This document shows positions 18,513-25,560 of a stretch of 43,731 nt of DNA, piece after piece. The DNA comes from a virus: the IMG/VR virus record IMGVR_UViG_3300045988_034292, positions 1 through 43,731 of that record. One strand, written 5' to 3'. The translations under genes and the position numbers were made by a program. The notes under the pieces were generated by a model. That model did not search any database. It was not told the DNA's origin and saw only the letters and a program-made list of their open reading frames with translations. Each line of letters begins with the position of its first letter. Position 1 is the stretch's first letter.

Positions 18513-19922
18513 ATGACTTCAAAAACACAATTATTAAACACGCTTGATAGTCTCGTTAATCAACGTGTCACCGTACCAACTAACAAATATGGTGGTCAGT
18601 GTATTGCTTTGATTGATAACGTTTTGCAATATCAAGGATTGTTTAACCTTGATTTCAGCTACTTAAACGCCATCGACGGCTTAAGCCGTGCTGAAAGTCT
18701 AGGATTGAAAGTCACACGTTTTAACGGCTCTAACAATCCACCAGTGGGGAGTGTATGGGTAACTAACTGCTTGCCTTACCACCAATTTGGCCATATCGGT
18801 TTTGTAGTGGCAGAAAACCCAGACGGCACAGTTACCACAGTCGAACAGAATATCGACGGTAATGCTGACTGTCTCTATAATGGCGGTTGGACTCGCAAGG
18901 TAACGAGAAACCTCGATAGCGCTGGTAATTTCAGCTATATTGACTGGAATGCACCAACTCAACAAATGGTTGGGTGGTTTGAATTGCCATTCGATGATGT
19001 TGAGAACGAAGAAATTGACGGCGTGAAGAAAGGTGATTACTTCATCGATGTTTCAGCCTATCAATCAGCAGACCTCACTGGAATTTGCCAAGCGGCTGGC
19101 ACTAGGAACACTATTATTAAGGTTTCAGAGGGTGTCGGATGGTTAAGTCCAGTTATGGCACAACAAACAAACACAAGTAACTGTATCGGCTACTATCATT
19201 TCGCTCGATTCGGTGGAGATGTAGGCGCTGCACAAGCTGAAGCGAATTACTTCATCAGCAATCTGCCGTCTCACCCACGCTATCTAGTGTGCGACTACGA
19301 GGATGGCGCTAGTGGAGACAAGCAAGCTAACACTAATGCAGTATTGGCATTTATGGATGTTTGCAAGTCAAACGGCTTTGAACCAATCTATTACAGTTAC
19401 AAGCCTTATACACTAGCTAATGTGTATGTAGATCAAATCACTGCACGCTATCCAAATAGTCTATGGATTGCAGCTTACCCAGACTACGAGGTACGCCCAG
19501 AGCCATATTGGGGCGTGTATCCAAACATGGAACATACACGCTGGTGGCAGTTTACATCAACCGGCCTAGCTGGTGGATTGGATAAGAATGTAGTTATCAT
19601 TAACGATGGTGACAATCAAATTAGCAAGAAAGAGGAAGAAGAAAATATGGATTATGTAGTACGTAGCGAAAGCGGAAGTCAAGGATATGTTGGTGTAGTT
19701 AATGGCCGTGTGTTTGGTATCGGTTCAATGGGAACAGTGGACACTCTACGTTCAGCGGGTGCTAAACACTTGACATTGCCAGACGATGATTTTGACCGTT
19801 TCTTGAATAGTCAATCAAACGATACAGCGGCAGTCTCTAAAGCAATCAATGAAGCTAGCGCTTCAGTGGTAAAAGCTATCGAAGAACGTGCACAAGCCAC
19901 ACAAGGCCAAACTGGAAAATAG
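18513..19922 (+). CDS. Endolysin: N-terminal CHAP, central GH25 muramidase, C-terminal putative wall-binding domain
   Basis: 469 aa. CHAP Cys/His context: YGGQCIALIDN and FGHIGFVV. GH25-like motifs: FIDVSAYQ, YHFARF and CDYED. Strong RBS aaaggag. Confidence 0.85.
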   Translation: MTSKTQLLNTLDSLVNQRVTVPTNKYGGQCIALIDNVLQYQGLFNLDFSYLNAIDGLSRAESLGLKVTRFNGSNNPPVGSVWVTNCLPYHQFGHIGFVVAENPDGTVTTVEQNIDGNADCLYNGGWTRKVTRNLDSAGNFSYIDWNAPTQQMVGWFELPFDDVENEEIDGVKKGDYFIDVSAYQSADLTGICQAAGTRNTIIKVSEGVGWLSPVMAQQTNTSNCIGYYHFARFGGDVGAAQAEANYFISNLPSHPRYLVCDYEDGASGDKQANTNAVLAFMDVCKSNGFEPIYYSYKPYTLANVYVDQITARYPNSLWIAAYPDYEVRPEPYWGVYPNMEHTRWWQFTSTGLAGGLDKNVVIINDGDNQISKKEEEENMDYVVRSESGSQGYVGVVNGRVFGIGSMGTVDTLRSAGAKHLTLPDDDFDRFLNSQSNDTAAVSKAINEASASVVKAIEERAQATQGQTGK

Positions 19923-20003
19923 ACCACGCAAACTATAAAAACGAAAAGGAGTATATCACCTCCCCTCACACTGCAGTAGGGATACCATGGCAGTAGTGGT
20001 CGA

Positions 20004-20031
20004 AGCCTCAGCGTTGTGCTGGGGCTTTTTT
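20004..20031 (+). terminator. Intrinsic terminator downstream of the endolysin
   Basis: agcctcagc / gctggggct 9-bp stem (one G-U), loop gttgt, then a T run. Confidence 0.7.
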
Positions 20032-20062
20032 GTGTTATAATAGAATTATCCATCATAGGCAA

Positions 20063-20094
20063 AGAGCTACGAGGTTATCTCATAGCTCTTTTTT
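20063..20094 (+). terminator. Second intrinsic terminator
   Basis: agagctacgag / ctcatagctct stem (one mismatch), followed by ttttt. Confidence 0.6.
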
Positions 20095-20103
20095 ATATTT
20101 AAT

Positions 20104-20123
20104 AAGGGGCAAATAAGGGGCAA
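20104..20123 (+). repeat. AAGGGGCAA x2, 11-bp phased (attP-region repeat pair 1)
   Basis: The 9-mer aaggggcaa occurs at 20104-20112 and 20115-20123. The same 9-mer pair recurs at 20343-20362. Confidence 0.8.
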
Positions 20124-20269
20124 TAAGTGTAAACTTTAGTAACTTCATGTAAGTTTTACTGTCTATATCTTACACGCATATAACCTTATTTGATAGGTTT
20201 TCTTCCTATTATATACGCATTTAAAATGGCACTAACAGAATACCGTGGTTTGAAATCATTCTACAACTT

Positions 20270-20300
20270 GAAAAAATAAAACGTTGATTTAACAACGTTT
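20270..20300 (-). terminator. Intrinsic terminator of the integrase transcript
   Basis: Perfect 8-bp stem aaacgttg/caacgttt. On the minus strand it is followed by ttttatttttt. Confidence 0.7.
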
Positions 20301-20339
20301 CTGAGGACTCTAGGTTAAACCTAGGGTTCTTTTTTTCTA

Positions 20340-21509
20340 CTAAAGGGGCAAGGAAGGGGCAAGGTTGTTTGTAATGATATTATCTAAAACGTTGACCGCT
20401 TGATCCTTCATGTTCCTTGTGACATGGGTATATATGCTAGTAGTCACTTCCGAGTCAGCATGACCAACCCTGTCCATGATGGTTTTTAGTGGCACATTGT
20501 TTTCAGCTAGTATGCTAATTGTGGTGTGTCTGAAGATATGAGGGGATAGATGCTTGTCGATAGGTGTTTCCAGTCTGGTGTTCGCTCGTTGAAGTGATGC
20601 ACTCAAAATGGTGCTGTGGATAGGTTTACCGGTGTTGGTTGTAAAAATCTTATCGCTATGATACCAATCTGGATTGGCTGTTTCGCTTAACTCTCTCAAC
20701 TCTAGTAACTGGTCAATGATTTCTATCTCTCGATTAGTGAGGTAGGTGGTTCGATAACTAGCGACTGTTTTCGTCCCTTCGTTTTCTGGAATGTATCTGT
20801 TGAAGGATGTGTGGATATCCAAAGAGCGTGTCTCTTTGTGGTAATCTGAAACAGTTAGACCAGCCAACTCTCCTATCCGACAACCGTTTAAAAGCATAAA
20901 CTCGCACGCTAGAGCATATCTCAGTGTTACGTCTTTTCGGTAGAGCTCTTTCAATAAGCGACTGTATTCGTCCGGTTCTAAGTATTTATTCTTGGCAATT
21001 TGTTGTTTCTCAAGTTTATTCTTTTTCTTTGGAAGACGTGCCTTCCTCGATGGGTTATCGGTTATAAGTTGTTGGTCCATAGCATAATCGAAGAATGTAT
21101 TTAACACGGTCTTGGCACGATATTTCTGCGAATCTGTCCAGTCTTCAGTGTCTAGTAAGGATTGGATAAGTCTGACATTGATATTTGATAAGATTGTTCC
21201 TTGTTCGATAGCGTCAGATATTCGCTTAACGGATGCTGCAAGGCTCTTGATTGAACTTAACTTAATCTGCTTTTGATGAAATTCCCACCACTCGTTGAAA
21301 GCACTATGGAATGATACATTAGTGGTGCTTGACAATTCCATTTTCTGAGCTATCTTATCATCCAGCAAGCGTTGAGCTTCTTTCTTTGCTCGATTCGAAC
21401 CACTGGATAGAGTTACAGATACCCGTTTCCATTTCTCGGTGTAAGTGTCCTTGTATCTTTCAAAATATTTATATTTTCCGTTTTGTAATTGTTCTACCCA
21501 CATTGTCAT
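20340..21509 (-). CDS. int: Tyrosine recombinase (phage integrase)
   Basis: 389 aa. The C-terminal catalytic region has RIGEL, HIFRHT and GHADSEVTTSIYTHV (R...H-x-x-R...Y). It is adjacent to an AT-rich attP-like region. Confidence 0.9.
   Translation of the reverse strand: MTMWVEQLQNGKYKYFERYKDTYTEKWKRVSVTLSSGSNRAKKEAQRLLDDKIAQKMELSSTTNVSFHSAFNEWWEFHQKQIKLSSIKSLAASVKRISDAIEQGTILSNINVRLIQSLLDTEDWTDSQKYRAKTVLNTFFDYAMDQQLITDNPSRKARLPKKKNKLEKQQIAKNKYLEPDEYSRLLKELYRKDVTLRYALACEFMLLNGCRIGELAGLTVSDYHKETRSLDIHTSFNRYIPENEGTKTVASYRTTYLTNREIEIIDQLLELRELSETANPDWYHSDKIFTTNTGKPIHSTILSASLQRANTRLETPIDKHLSPHIFRHTTISILAENNVPLKTIMDRVGHADSEVTTSIYTHVTRNMKDQAVNVLDNIITNNLAPSLPL
20343..20362 (+). repeat. AAGGGGCAA x2, 11-bp phased (repeat pair 2, overlapping the integrase 3' end)
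   Basis: aaggggcaa occurs at 20343-20351 and 20354-20362. The pair encodes the last residues (APSLPL) of Int on the opposite strand. Confidence 0.8.
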
Positions 21510-21590
21510 ATCTCCTTGATTTTGGTAAAATGGGTACAGAAAAAGACATGTAAGGCTGTTTTCCAGTTTACACGTTTTTTCTGTGGTGCT

Positions 21591-21636
21591 AGCTCTACAC
21601 TCTAAGTTTGGCGACGGAGAGTGTAGGGCTTTTTTT
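21591..21636 (+). terminator. Plus-strand hairpin terminator between int and the lysogeny genes
   Basis: agctctacactct / agagtgtagggct stem of about 13 bp (one G-U), a 14-nt loop, then tttttt on the plus strand. Confidence 0.55.
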
Positions 21637-21769
21637 ATTGCGATAATAATTTAGTTTTCTGCGCTTGAAATTCTTCTTCAGTAAGTACGCCGTTATCAAC
21701 CAATGATTTTAATTTAATCAGCTCGTCAGCAATTAAATTCTGCGGTAGTGGCTGACTGTTCTGGCTCAC
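21635..21769 (-). pseudogene. SHOCT-domain remnant / tiny ORF
   Basis: The minus-strand frame encodes ...DELIKLKSLVDNGVLTEEEFQAQKTKLLSQ*, a SHOCT-like C-terminal motif. Only a GTG start is available and there is no clear RBS. Confidence 0.3.
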
Positions 21770-21834
21770 TTCTATCTGCGGTCTTATCGACTTCAGTTTT
21801 TGCTAGATCTTTTATTTTTTTGAAGTCCAAATTT

Positions 21835-22215
21835 TTATCCTATCAATTCGTAGTACTCATCAATGACCATCAACTCATCTGTTACTGTCCTAAGCTTGTG
21901 CTTTTGCATAAAATGCAAGTAGTTAAAAGACTTGTGGTCATCTGATGCCGAAAGCTCTTCTTCGAGCAGCTTATGGATCATGTGCCTATTCGCTTCATTT
22001 TCGCATCTAGTGCGATTGTTTTGATAAAGTTCAGCAGAATGATCCCGATGCCCTAATTCGTGGTATATGACCCGTTTTTTGGCGTTCTCTGGCAGCTCAC
22101 GGTTTATGAAAATAATATTGATTTCTTTGATGTAAACTCCTGGTCTATGCCAGAGGTCATTATCAAAGTAAGCGAGAGTGACACCGTGCGAGTCTACTAG
22201 CTCTTCAATAGTCAT
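21835..22215 (-). CDS. ImmA/IrrE-family zinc metalloprotease (anti-repressor protease)
   Basis: 126 aa with an HEXXH motif (YHELGH). It lies in the same leftward operon as the XRE repressor. Confidence 0.75.
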   Translation of the reverse strand: MTIEELVDSHGVTLAYFDNDLWHRPGVYIKEINIIFINRELPENAKKRVIYHELGHRDHSAELYQNNRTRCENEANRHMIHKLLEEELSASDDHKSFNYLHFMQKHKLRTVTDELMVIDEYYELIG

Positions 22216-22235
22216 AGGCTATTATCCTTTTTGTG

Positions 22236-22715
22236 TTATTTTGTTGTTAAAATGGTTACGATGATTGCTAGTATCCCCAGTAAAGTACTAACTAACAATC
22301 CGATAAACCAATACATGAACTCTTTTTTGCTTTTAGCTTGCTCTTCTAATCTCTTATTCTCTTGAGTTAGAAACATAGTCTCTACACGTTTCTCGAAATT
22401 ATCAAATTTCAAATCAACTTGTTCAAATTTCAAGTCGATTTTTTCAAATCCGCTACGCATATCTTGTCTGAGTTGGTCAATTTTTAAATCAATTTTCTCA
22501 AATCCGTGCTGGGTGTCAGAATTAATTTTATCAAGTTTTAAGTCGATTTCAGATTTGCTGTAAGTATCTTGTGGCATAATAATTTCCTCCGATAACATTT
22601 CTGACTCCATTATACCACGATTTTGTATGGGTACAGTTTTCAATGAAGGTTTAGAAGCGTGAATTGAAGAAACATTGGAAGGGGTGGGTTTGAAATTATC
22701 TTGTGTGTCCGGCAT
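22236..22715 (-). CDS. Tail-anchored coiled-coil membrane protein of unknown function
   Basis: 159 aa. The alternative start ATG 22577 has a strong GGAGG RBS and gives 113 aa. There are four IDLK(L/I/F)(D/E) heptad-like repeats and a single C-terminal TM (FMYWFIGLLVSTLLGILAIIVTILTTK). Confidence 0.6.
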   Translation of the reverse strand: MPDTQDNFKPTPSNVSSIHASKPSLKTVPIQNRGIMESEMLSEEIIMPQDTYSKSEIDLKLDKINSDTQHGFEKIDLKIDQLRQDMRSGFEKIDLKFEQVDLKFDNFEKRVETMFLTQENKRLEEQAKSKKEFMYWFIGLLVSTLLGILAIIVTILTTK

Positions 22716-22718
22716 CGT

Positions 22719-23141
22719 TTATCCCCACTTTCCAAAATGATGATAACTATATGCTGTATCTACTTCCTGACCGTTTTCGTCGATCAAGACGAAGAAAAAG
22801 TAAAAATCACTTGGGTTCTGTATCGTAAAATTAAAACTGAAATTTCCAGTGGCCATACCAAAGCCGTCTTCGAGTAGCACAAAATCTTGTCTCGTGATAT
22901 TAATTCTAGTAGCATGGACAGGGTAAGACGTGCCGTTAGGGAAGTGGGCAGTTAGAGACAAGATATAATCTGTTTCAGGTCTTAGATTAAAGAAGTCTAG
23001 AAATGCAACCAAAGATGTCGAACCAGGGAATACATCGAAATTGGTTATTGTTCCTAACGATTGAGCTGTTTCAGGATTGACAATTCTAATTGCTGTCATC
23101 TTTTCTCTGAACGGATTCTTTTTCATTGGAATACTTGTCAT
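22719..23141 (-). CDS. Hypothetical beta-rich protein co-transcribed with the repressor
   Basis: 140 aa, starting 1 nt after the repressor stop. No signal peptide or TM and no motif I recognise. Confidence 0.6.
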   Translation of the reverse strand: MTSIPMKKNPFREKMTAIRIVNPETAQSLGTITNFDVFPGSTSLVAFLDFFNLRPETDYILSLTAHFPNGTSYPVHATRINITRQDFVLLEDGFGMATGNFSFNFTIQNPSDFYFFFVLIDENGQEVDTAYSYHHFGKWG

Positions 23142-23142
23142 A

Positions 23143-23511
23143 CTATCTACCTCTCAAATAAATCTCAATGATGTTCTGTATGGCATCGATGTCTTCTTCT
23201 GTAAGAGGCTTGCCATCGAAGGTCTTGGCATTCTCTGCCATCTTTCGTAGGTCGTCAGACGTGTATCCTGCGATTGTATCATCCTTTGCAATAGCCGGGC
23301 CATCTCCGAAAAGAATGTAATCTGTCGAAGTCCCCAAGGCTTGAGCTAATTTCACAATCTTTGTCCCTGTTGGAATACTAGCGCCGCTTTCCCACTTCGA
23401 AATAGTTGAGTCAGACTTATACCCTAACATTTTCGCCAATTCAAGTTGGCTAATGCCCTTGCTAGCTCTCAAACTTTCAATTCTGCCACCTCTTTGCTTA
23501 TTCAAATCCAT
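23143..23511 (-). CDS. CI-like XRE-family repressor (no S24 peptidase domain)
   Basis: 122 aa with an N-terminal HTH (ISQLELAKMLGYKSDSTISKWESG). It is divergent from a Cro-like gene. The short C-terminal domain lacks a Ser/Lys autocleavage module. Confidence 0.85.
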   Translation of the reverse strand: MDLNKQRGGRIESLRASKGISQLELAKMLGYKSDSTISKWESGASIPTGTKIVKLAQALGTSTDYILFGDGPAIAKDDTIAGYTSDDLRKMAENAKTFDGKPLTEEDIDAIQNIIEIYLRGR

Positions 23512-23538
23512 ATCTTTCTCCTTGCTGTTTATATTAAC

Positions 23539-23567
23539 ATTATATAGTAGACTTTCTTAATTTTCAA
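23539..23567 (-). promoter_or_regulatory. Leftward (repressor) promoter TTGAAA-17-TATAAT
   Basis: The reverse complement of 23562-23567 is TTGAAA and of 23539-23544 is TATAAT. The spacer is exactly 17 bp, about 28 nt upstream of the CI ATG. Confidence 0.7.
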
Positions 23568-23617
23568 GTTGATTTATAAAAAAAACAAAAAAACTTGAAA
23601 AAAAATCAATAAAACTA

Positions 23618-23646
23618 TTGACATTGAATTTAATTCAAGCTATAAT
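23618..23646 (+). promoter_or_regulatory. Rightward (early lytic) promoter TTGACA-17-TATAAT
   Basis: Consensus -35 at 23618-23623 and -10 at 23641-23646 with a 17-bp spacer, upstream of the Cro-like gene. Confidence 0.8.
23623..23639. promoter_or_regulatory. Operator O1 (aTTGAATTTAATTCAAG)
   Basis: 16 of 17 positions match the palindrome, and it fills the spacer of the rightward promoter. Confidence 0.7.
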
Positions 23647-23679
23647 GTGTTTGTAAGTTAGTTAGAGAGGAGGAACAAA

Positions 23680-23883
23680 ATGGCAGAAACGGTTCCAAAA
23701 ATTACAATCAAAGAACTACGTGCTCGTCATAAAATGACGCAAGAGCAATTCGCTAAAAGCGTTGGTACTACTGCTCAAACAGTAAGTGCATGGGAGAAAA
23801 ACCAACTTTCAATTTCTCCTAAAAATATGGTAGCTATTTGTAATAAATACCACATTCAATCGTCTGATTTGTACGGTATCTGA
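23680..23883 (+). CDS. Cro-like XRE-family HTH regulator
   Basis: 67 aa with HTH MTQEQFAKSVGTTAQTVSAWEKN and RBS gaggagg. It is the first gene of the rightward operon. Confidence 0.85.
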   Translation: MAETVPKITIKELRARHKMTQEQFAKSVGTTAQTVSAWEKNQLSISPKNMVAICNKYHIQSSDLYGI

Positions 23884-23902
23884 TATTTTTTTTACAACAA
23901 AA

Positions 23903-23919
23903 CTTGAATTTAATTCAAG
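23903..23919. promoter_or_regulatory. Operator O2 (perfect palindrome CTTGAATTTAATTCAAG)
   Basis: Perfect 17-bp palindrome 20 bp downstream of the cro stop and 280 bp from O1. Confidence 0.65.
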
Positions 23920-24012
23920 GTAAAAAGCTAATAAGAACGTAGCTATTTGAAACCTATTAATATTATCTGAGGTTCTGATTCGAACCTAATTAAAATTATG
24001 AAAGGAGCAAAC

Positions 24013-24267
24013 ATGAAAGAACCATACAAGTACCTTGAAATCTCTGGCAATATTGCTGGACGTATTGAACTGGAAACAAAAAAAGACCTACTTGTCCGTA
24101 GAGCGATGGTCATTGATGGACACATCGGTTTATGCGAACAAGCGGTCTACGTTGATAAGAAAGTGCTAGATAGCTACTGGGTCAAAATAGTAGAGTTATC
24201 TGCTATTCCTGAAACCATCAACAGCGTTGACAGCACTGATTTGGTTAGGAAATGGTTGAACATGTAG
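24013..24267 (+). CDS. Hypothetical early protein
   Basis: 84 aa from ATG 24013 (RBS gaaaggag; the track ORF starts at 23998). Its 3' end overlaps a convergent minus-strand ORF. Confidence 0.5.
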   Translation: MKEPYKYLEISGNIAGRIELETKKDLLVRRAMVIDGHIGLCEQAVYVDKKVLDSYWVKIVELSAIPETINSVDSTDLVRKWLNM

Positions 24268-24432
24268 ATTGACAGCATCATGTCCATTGACATACTCAAC
24301 GCATTTCACCAAGTAATGCTCAGATTTATGGTCTGCTGACTTAGCAATGACAGAACCGATAGTAGGAATAGCGGGCAATGTTATTGATGCAGGTTCAACA
24401 TGACCATTAATCATAATGTGACAAGTAATCAT
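24196..24432 (-). CDS. Hypothetical small protein encoded leftward inside the rightward early operon
   Basis: 78 aa with a strong RBS (aaaggagga, 7-nt spacing) and an extended -10 (TGATATAAT) about 30 nt upstream. Confidence 0.55.
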   Translation of the reverse strand: MITCHIMINGHVEPASITLPAIPTIGSVIAKSADHKSEHYLVKCVEYVNGHDAVNLHVQPFPNQISAVNAVDGFRNSR

Positions 24433-24461
24433 AGTTATCCTCCTTTCGTTAGGATAAGTCG

Positions 24462-24470
24462 ATTATATCA
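24462..24470 (-). promoter_or_regulatory. Extended -10 element (TGATATAAT) for the leftward small gene
   Basis: The reverse complement of attatatca at 24462-24470 is TGATATAAT. The -35 is only weak. Confidence 0.5.
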
Positions 24471-24483
24471 GAAAGGACTACCA

Positions 24484-24726
24484 ATGGAAATTACCTATAA
24501 ACCAGTCGGAATTAATGAGACGGCTGAGTGGGGAGACTACGACCACCTCATGCAGCGGTGGGAAGGACTAGGGAAGTCGATGGCAAAGAACCTCATCCGA
24601 GAAATGAGGGACAACAAAGACTTCCAAAACTACGTATTCAACCCGACACACAAACTGGTTTTTATCAACTATGAAGGTTTTAAGTCCTTCATCGAGTGGA
24701 AAACCAGAAACAGATTCAAACAATAA
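24484..24726 (+). CDS. Hypothetical early protein
   Basis: 80 aa from ATG 24484 (the track ORF begins at 24400 with an unlikely N-terminal extension that overlaps the leftward gene). The C-terminus is basic. Confidence 0.5.
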   Translation: MEITYKPVGINETAEWGDYDHLMQRWEGLGKSMAKNLIREMRDNKDFQNYVFNPTHKLVFINYEGFKSFIEWKTRNRFKQ

Positions 24727-24739
24727 CAAGGAGTAAAAC

Positions 24740-25045
24740 ATGGCTAATCATTACATAAAAAGGTTGGTAGCGTGCGCTATCCAATTCGACAAAGACTTCC
24801 ACAAGATGGAAGGTGGCATCCCTGCTCTCGACAACATTACGGAGTTAATCCTCTACATCAATCAGACGATGGATGTCTCAAAAAAAGCAAAAGACGAGCT
24901 TGATGATATCGACACAAAATGTCTGATGTACAGAGATGTTTGCAGCAAACCAGACACACCAGACAGTAAATGTAAAGATCTATTTCAAGACGTAGCAATC
25001 GATTTCATTGCTACATGCAGAACACACGATATTTTGGACATTTAG
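24740..25045 (+). CDS. Hypothetical early protein
   Basis: 101 aa ORF with RBS aaggag upstream. Confidence 0.55.
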   Translation: MANHYIKRLVACAIQFDKDFHKMEGGIPALDNITELILYINQTMDVSKKAKDELDDIDTKCLMYRDVCSKPDTPDSKCKDLFQDVAIDFIATCRTHDILDI

Positions 25046-25054
25046 AAAAAACAT

Positions 25055-25171
25055 CCCTAGCCGTAGCAGTGAGCTAGTGAGATATCAGCGTAAGCAATAC
25101 CAACTGCAATACTGACATTATAAATCTCCTAAAAATATTAAAACCTCACTAGCTCTCTAGTGCGGTTAGGG
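25055..25171. repeat. Long imperfect inverted repeat (27-nt arms, 63-nt spacer)
   Basis: The arm ccctagccgtagcagtgagctagtgag (25055-25081) pairs with ctcactagctctctagtgcggttaggg (25145-25171). 21 of 27 positions are Watson-Crick and one more is G-U. Confidence 0.7.
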
Positions 25172-25190
25172 AACAGAAAGGAATTTAAAA

Positions 25191-25346
25191 ATGAAAAAAC
25201 TACTTAAATGGCTATTTGTAAAAGAGAAACAAGAACCAGAATATTTCTTTGAACCAGTATGGACGCCATACGAGGAAAATGAACGCAAATACGAAGCTCG
25301 AAAAAAACGTGAACAAGAGCTTTTGGCAAAATACGGAAACCGTTAA
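25191..25346 (+). CDS. Hypothetical small protein (51 aa; not in the ORF track)
   Basis: Hand translation: MKKLLKWLFVKEKQEPEYFFEPVWTPYEENERKYEARKKREQELLAKYGNR. RBS agaaagga lies 8 nt upstream. Confidence 0.45.
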   Translation: MKKLLKWLFVKEKQEPEYFFEPVWTPYEENERKYEARKKREQELLAKYGNR

Positions 25347-25503
25347 GATCACTATCTTCAATCCGTAGCCACGGCTCACCGTGGAGTGTAACTTATACCT
25401 TTCCCCAAAAAATATAAACTTTACCCACATATTCACACATACCTTTCTAAAAAAACATTGAAAAAACACGAAACGGTGGGCTATGGGTGCGGATTGAAGC
25501 ACT

Positions 25504-25530
25504 AAAAAAAGCATGGGTTAGGGCCCATGC
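25504..25530 (-). terminator. Hairpin that reads as an intrinsic terminator only on the minus strand
   Basis: gcatggg/cccatgc 7-bp stem. On the plus strand it is preceded by a run of 7 A, which is a T7 run after the hairpin on the minus strand. Confidence 0.45.
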
Positions 25531-25560
25531 AAGAAAAAACATCTATAAGGAGATTATACC

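Noticed and set aside
19923-20340. Toxin, virulence or defence cargo between the endolysin and attP/int (the usual moron hotspot)
   Set aside because: The 418-bp interval contains only terminators, AT-rich DNA and short repeats. There is no ORF with a plausible start and RBS.
21329-21945. Plus-strand ORFs 21329-21553 (74 aa) and 21748-21945 (65 aa)
   Set aside because: They overlap the integrase 5' end and the ImmA-like 3' end respectively, lack RBSs and have odd composition. They are judged spurious.
23553-23569. Third full operator copy at the leftward promoter
   Set aside because: The best alignment to the 17-bp palindrome is only about 10 of 17 positions. Only the half-site TTCAAG is convincing, so it is not called as an operator.
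25212-25514. 100-aa minus-strand ORF in the gap upstream of the LPXTG gene
   Set aside because: It is a Phe/Leu-rich translation of an AT-rich intergenic region. It overlaps the better-supported 51-aa plus-strand ORF and has no RBS.
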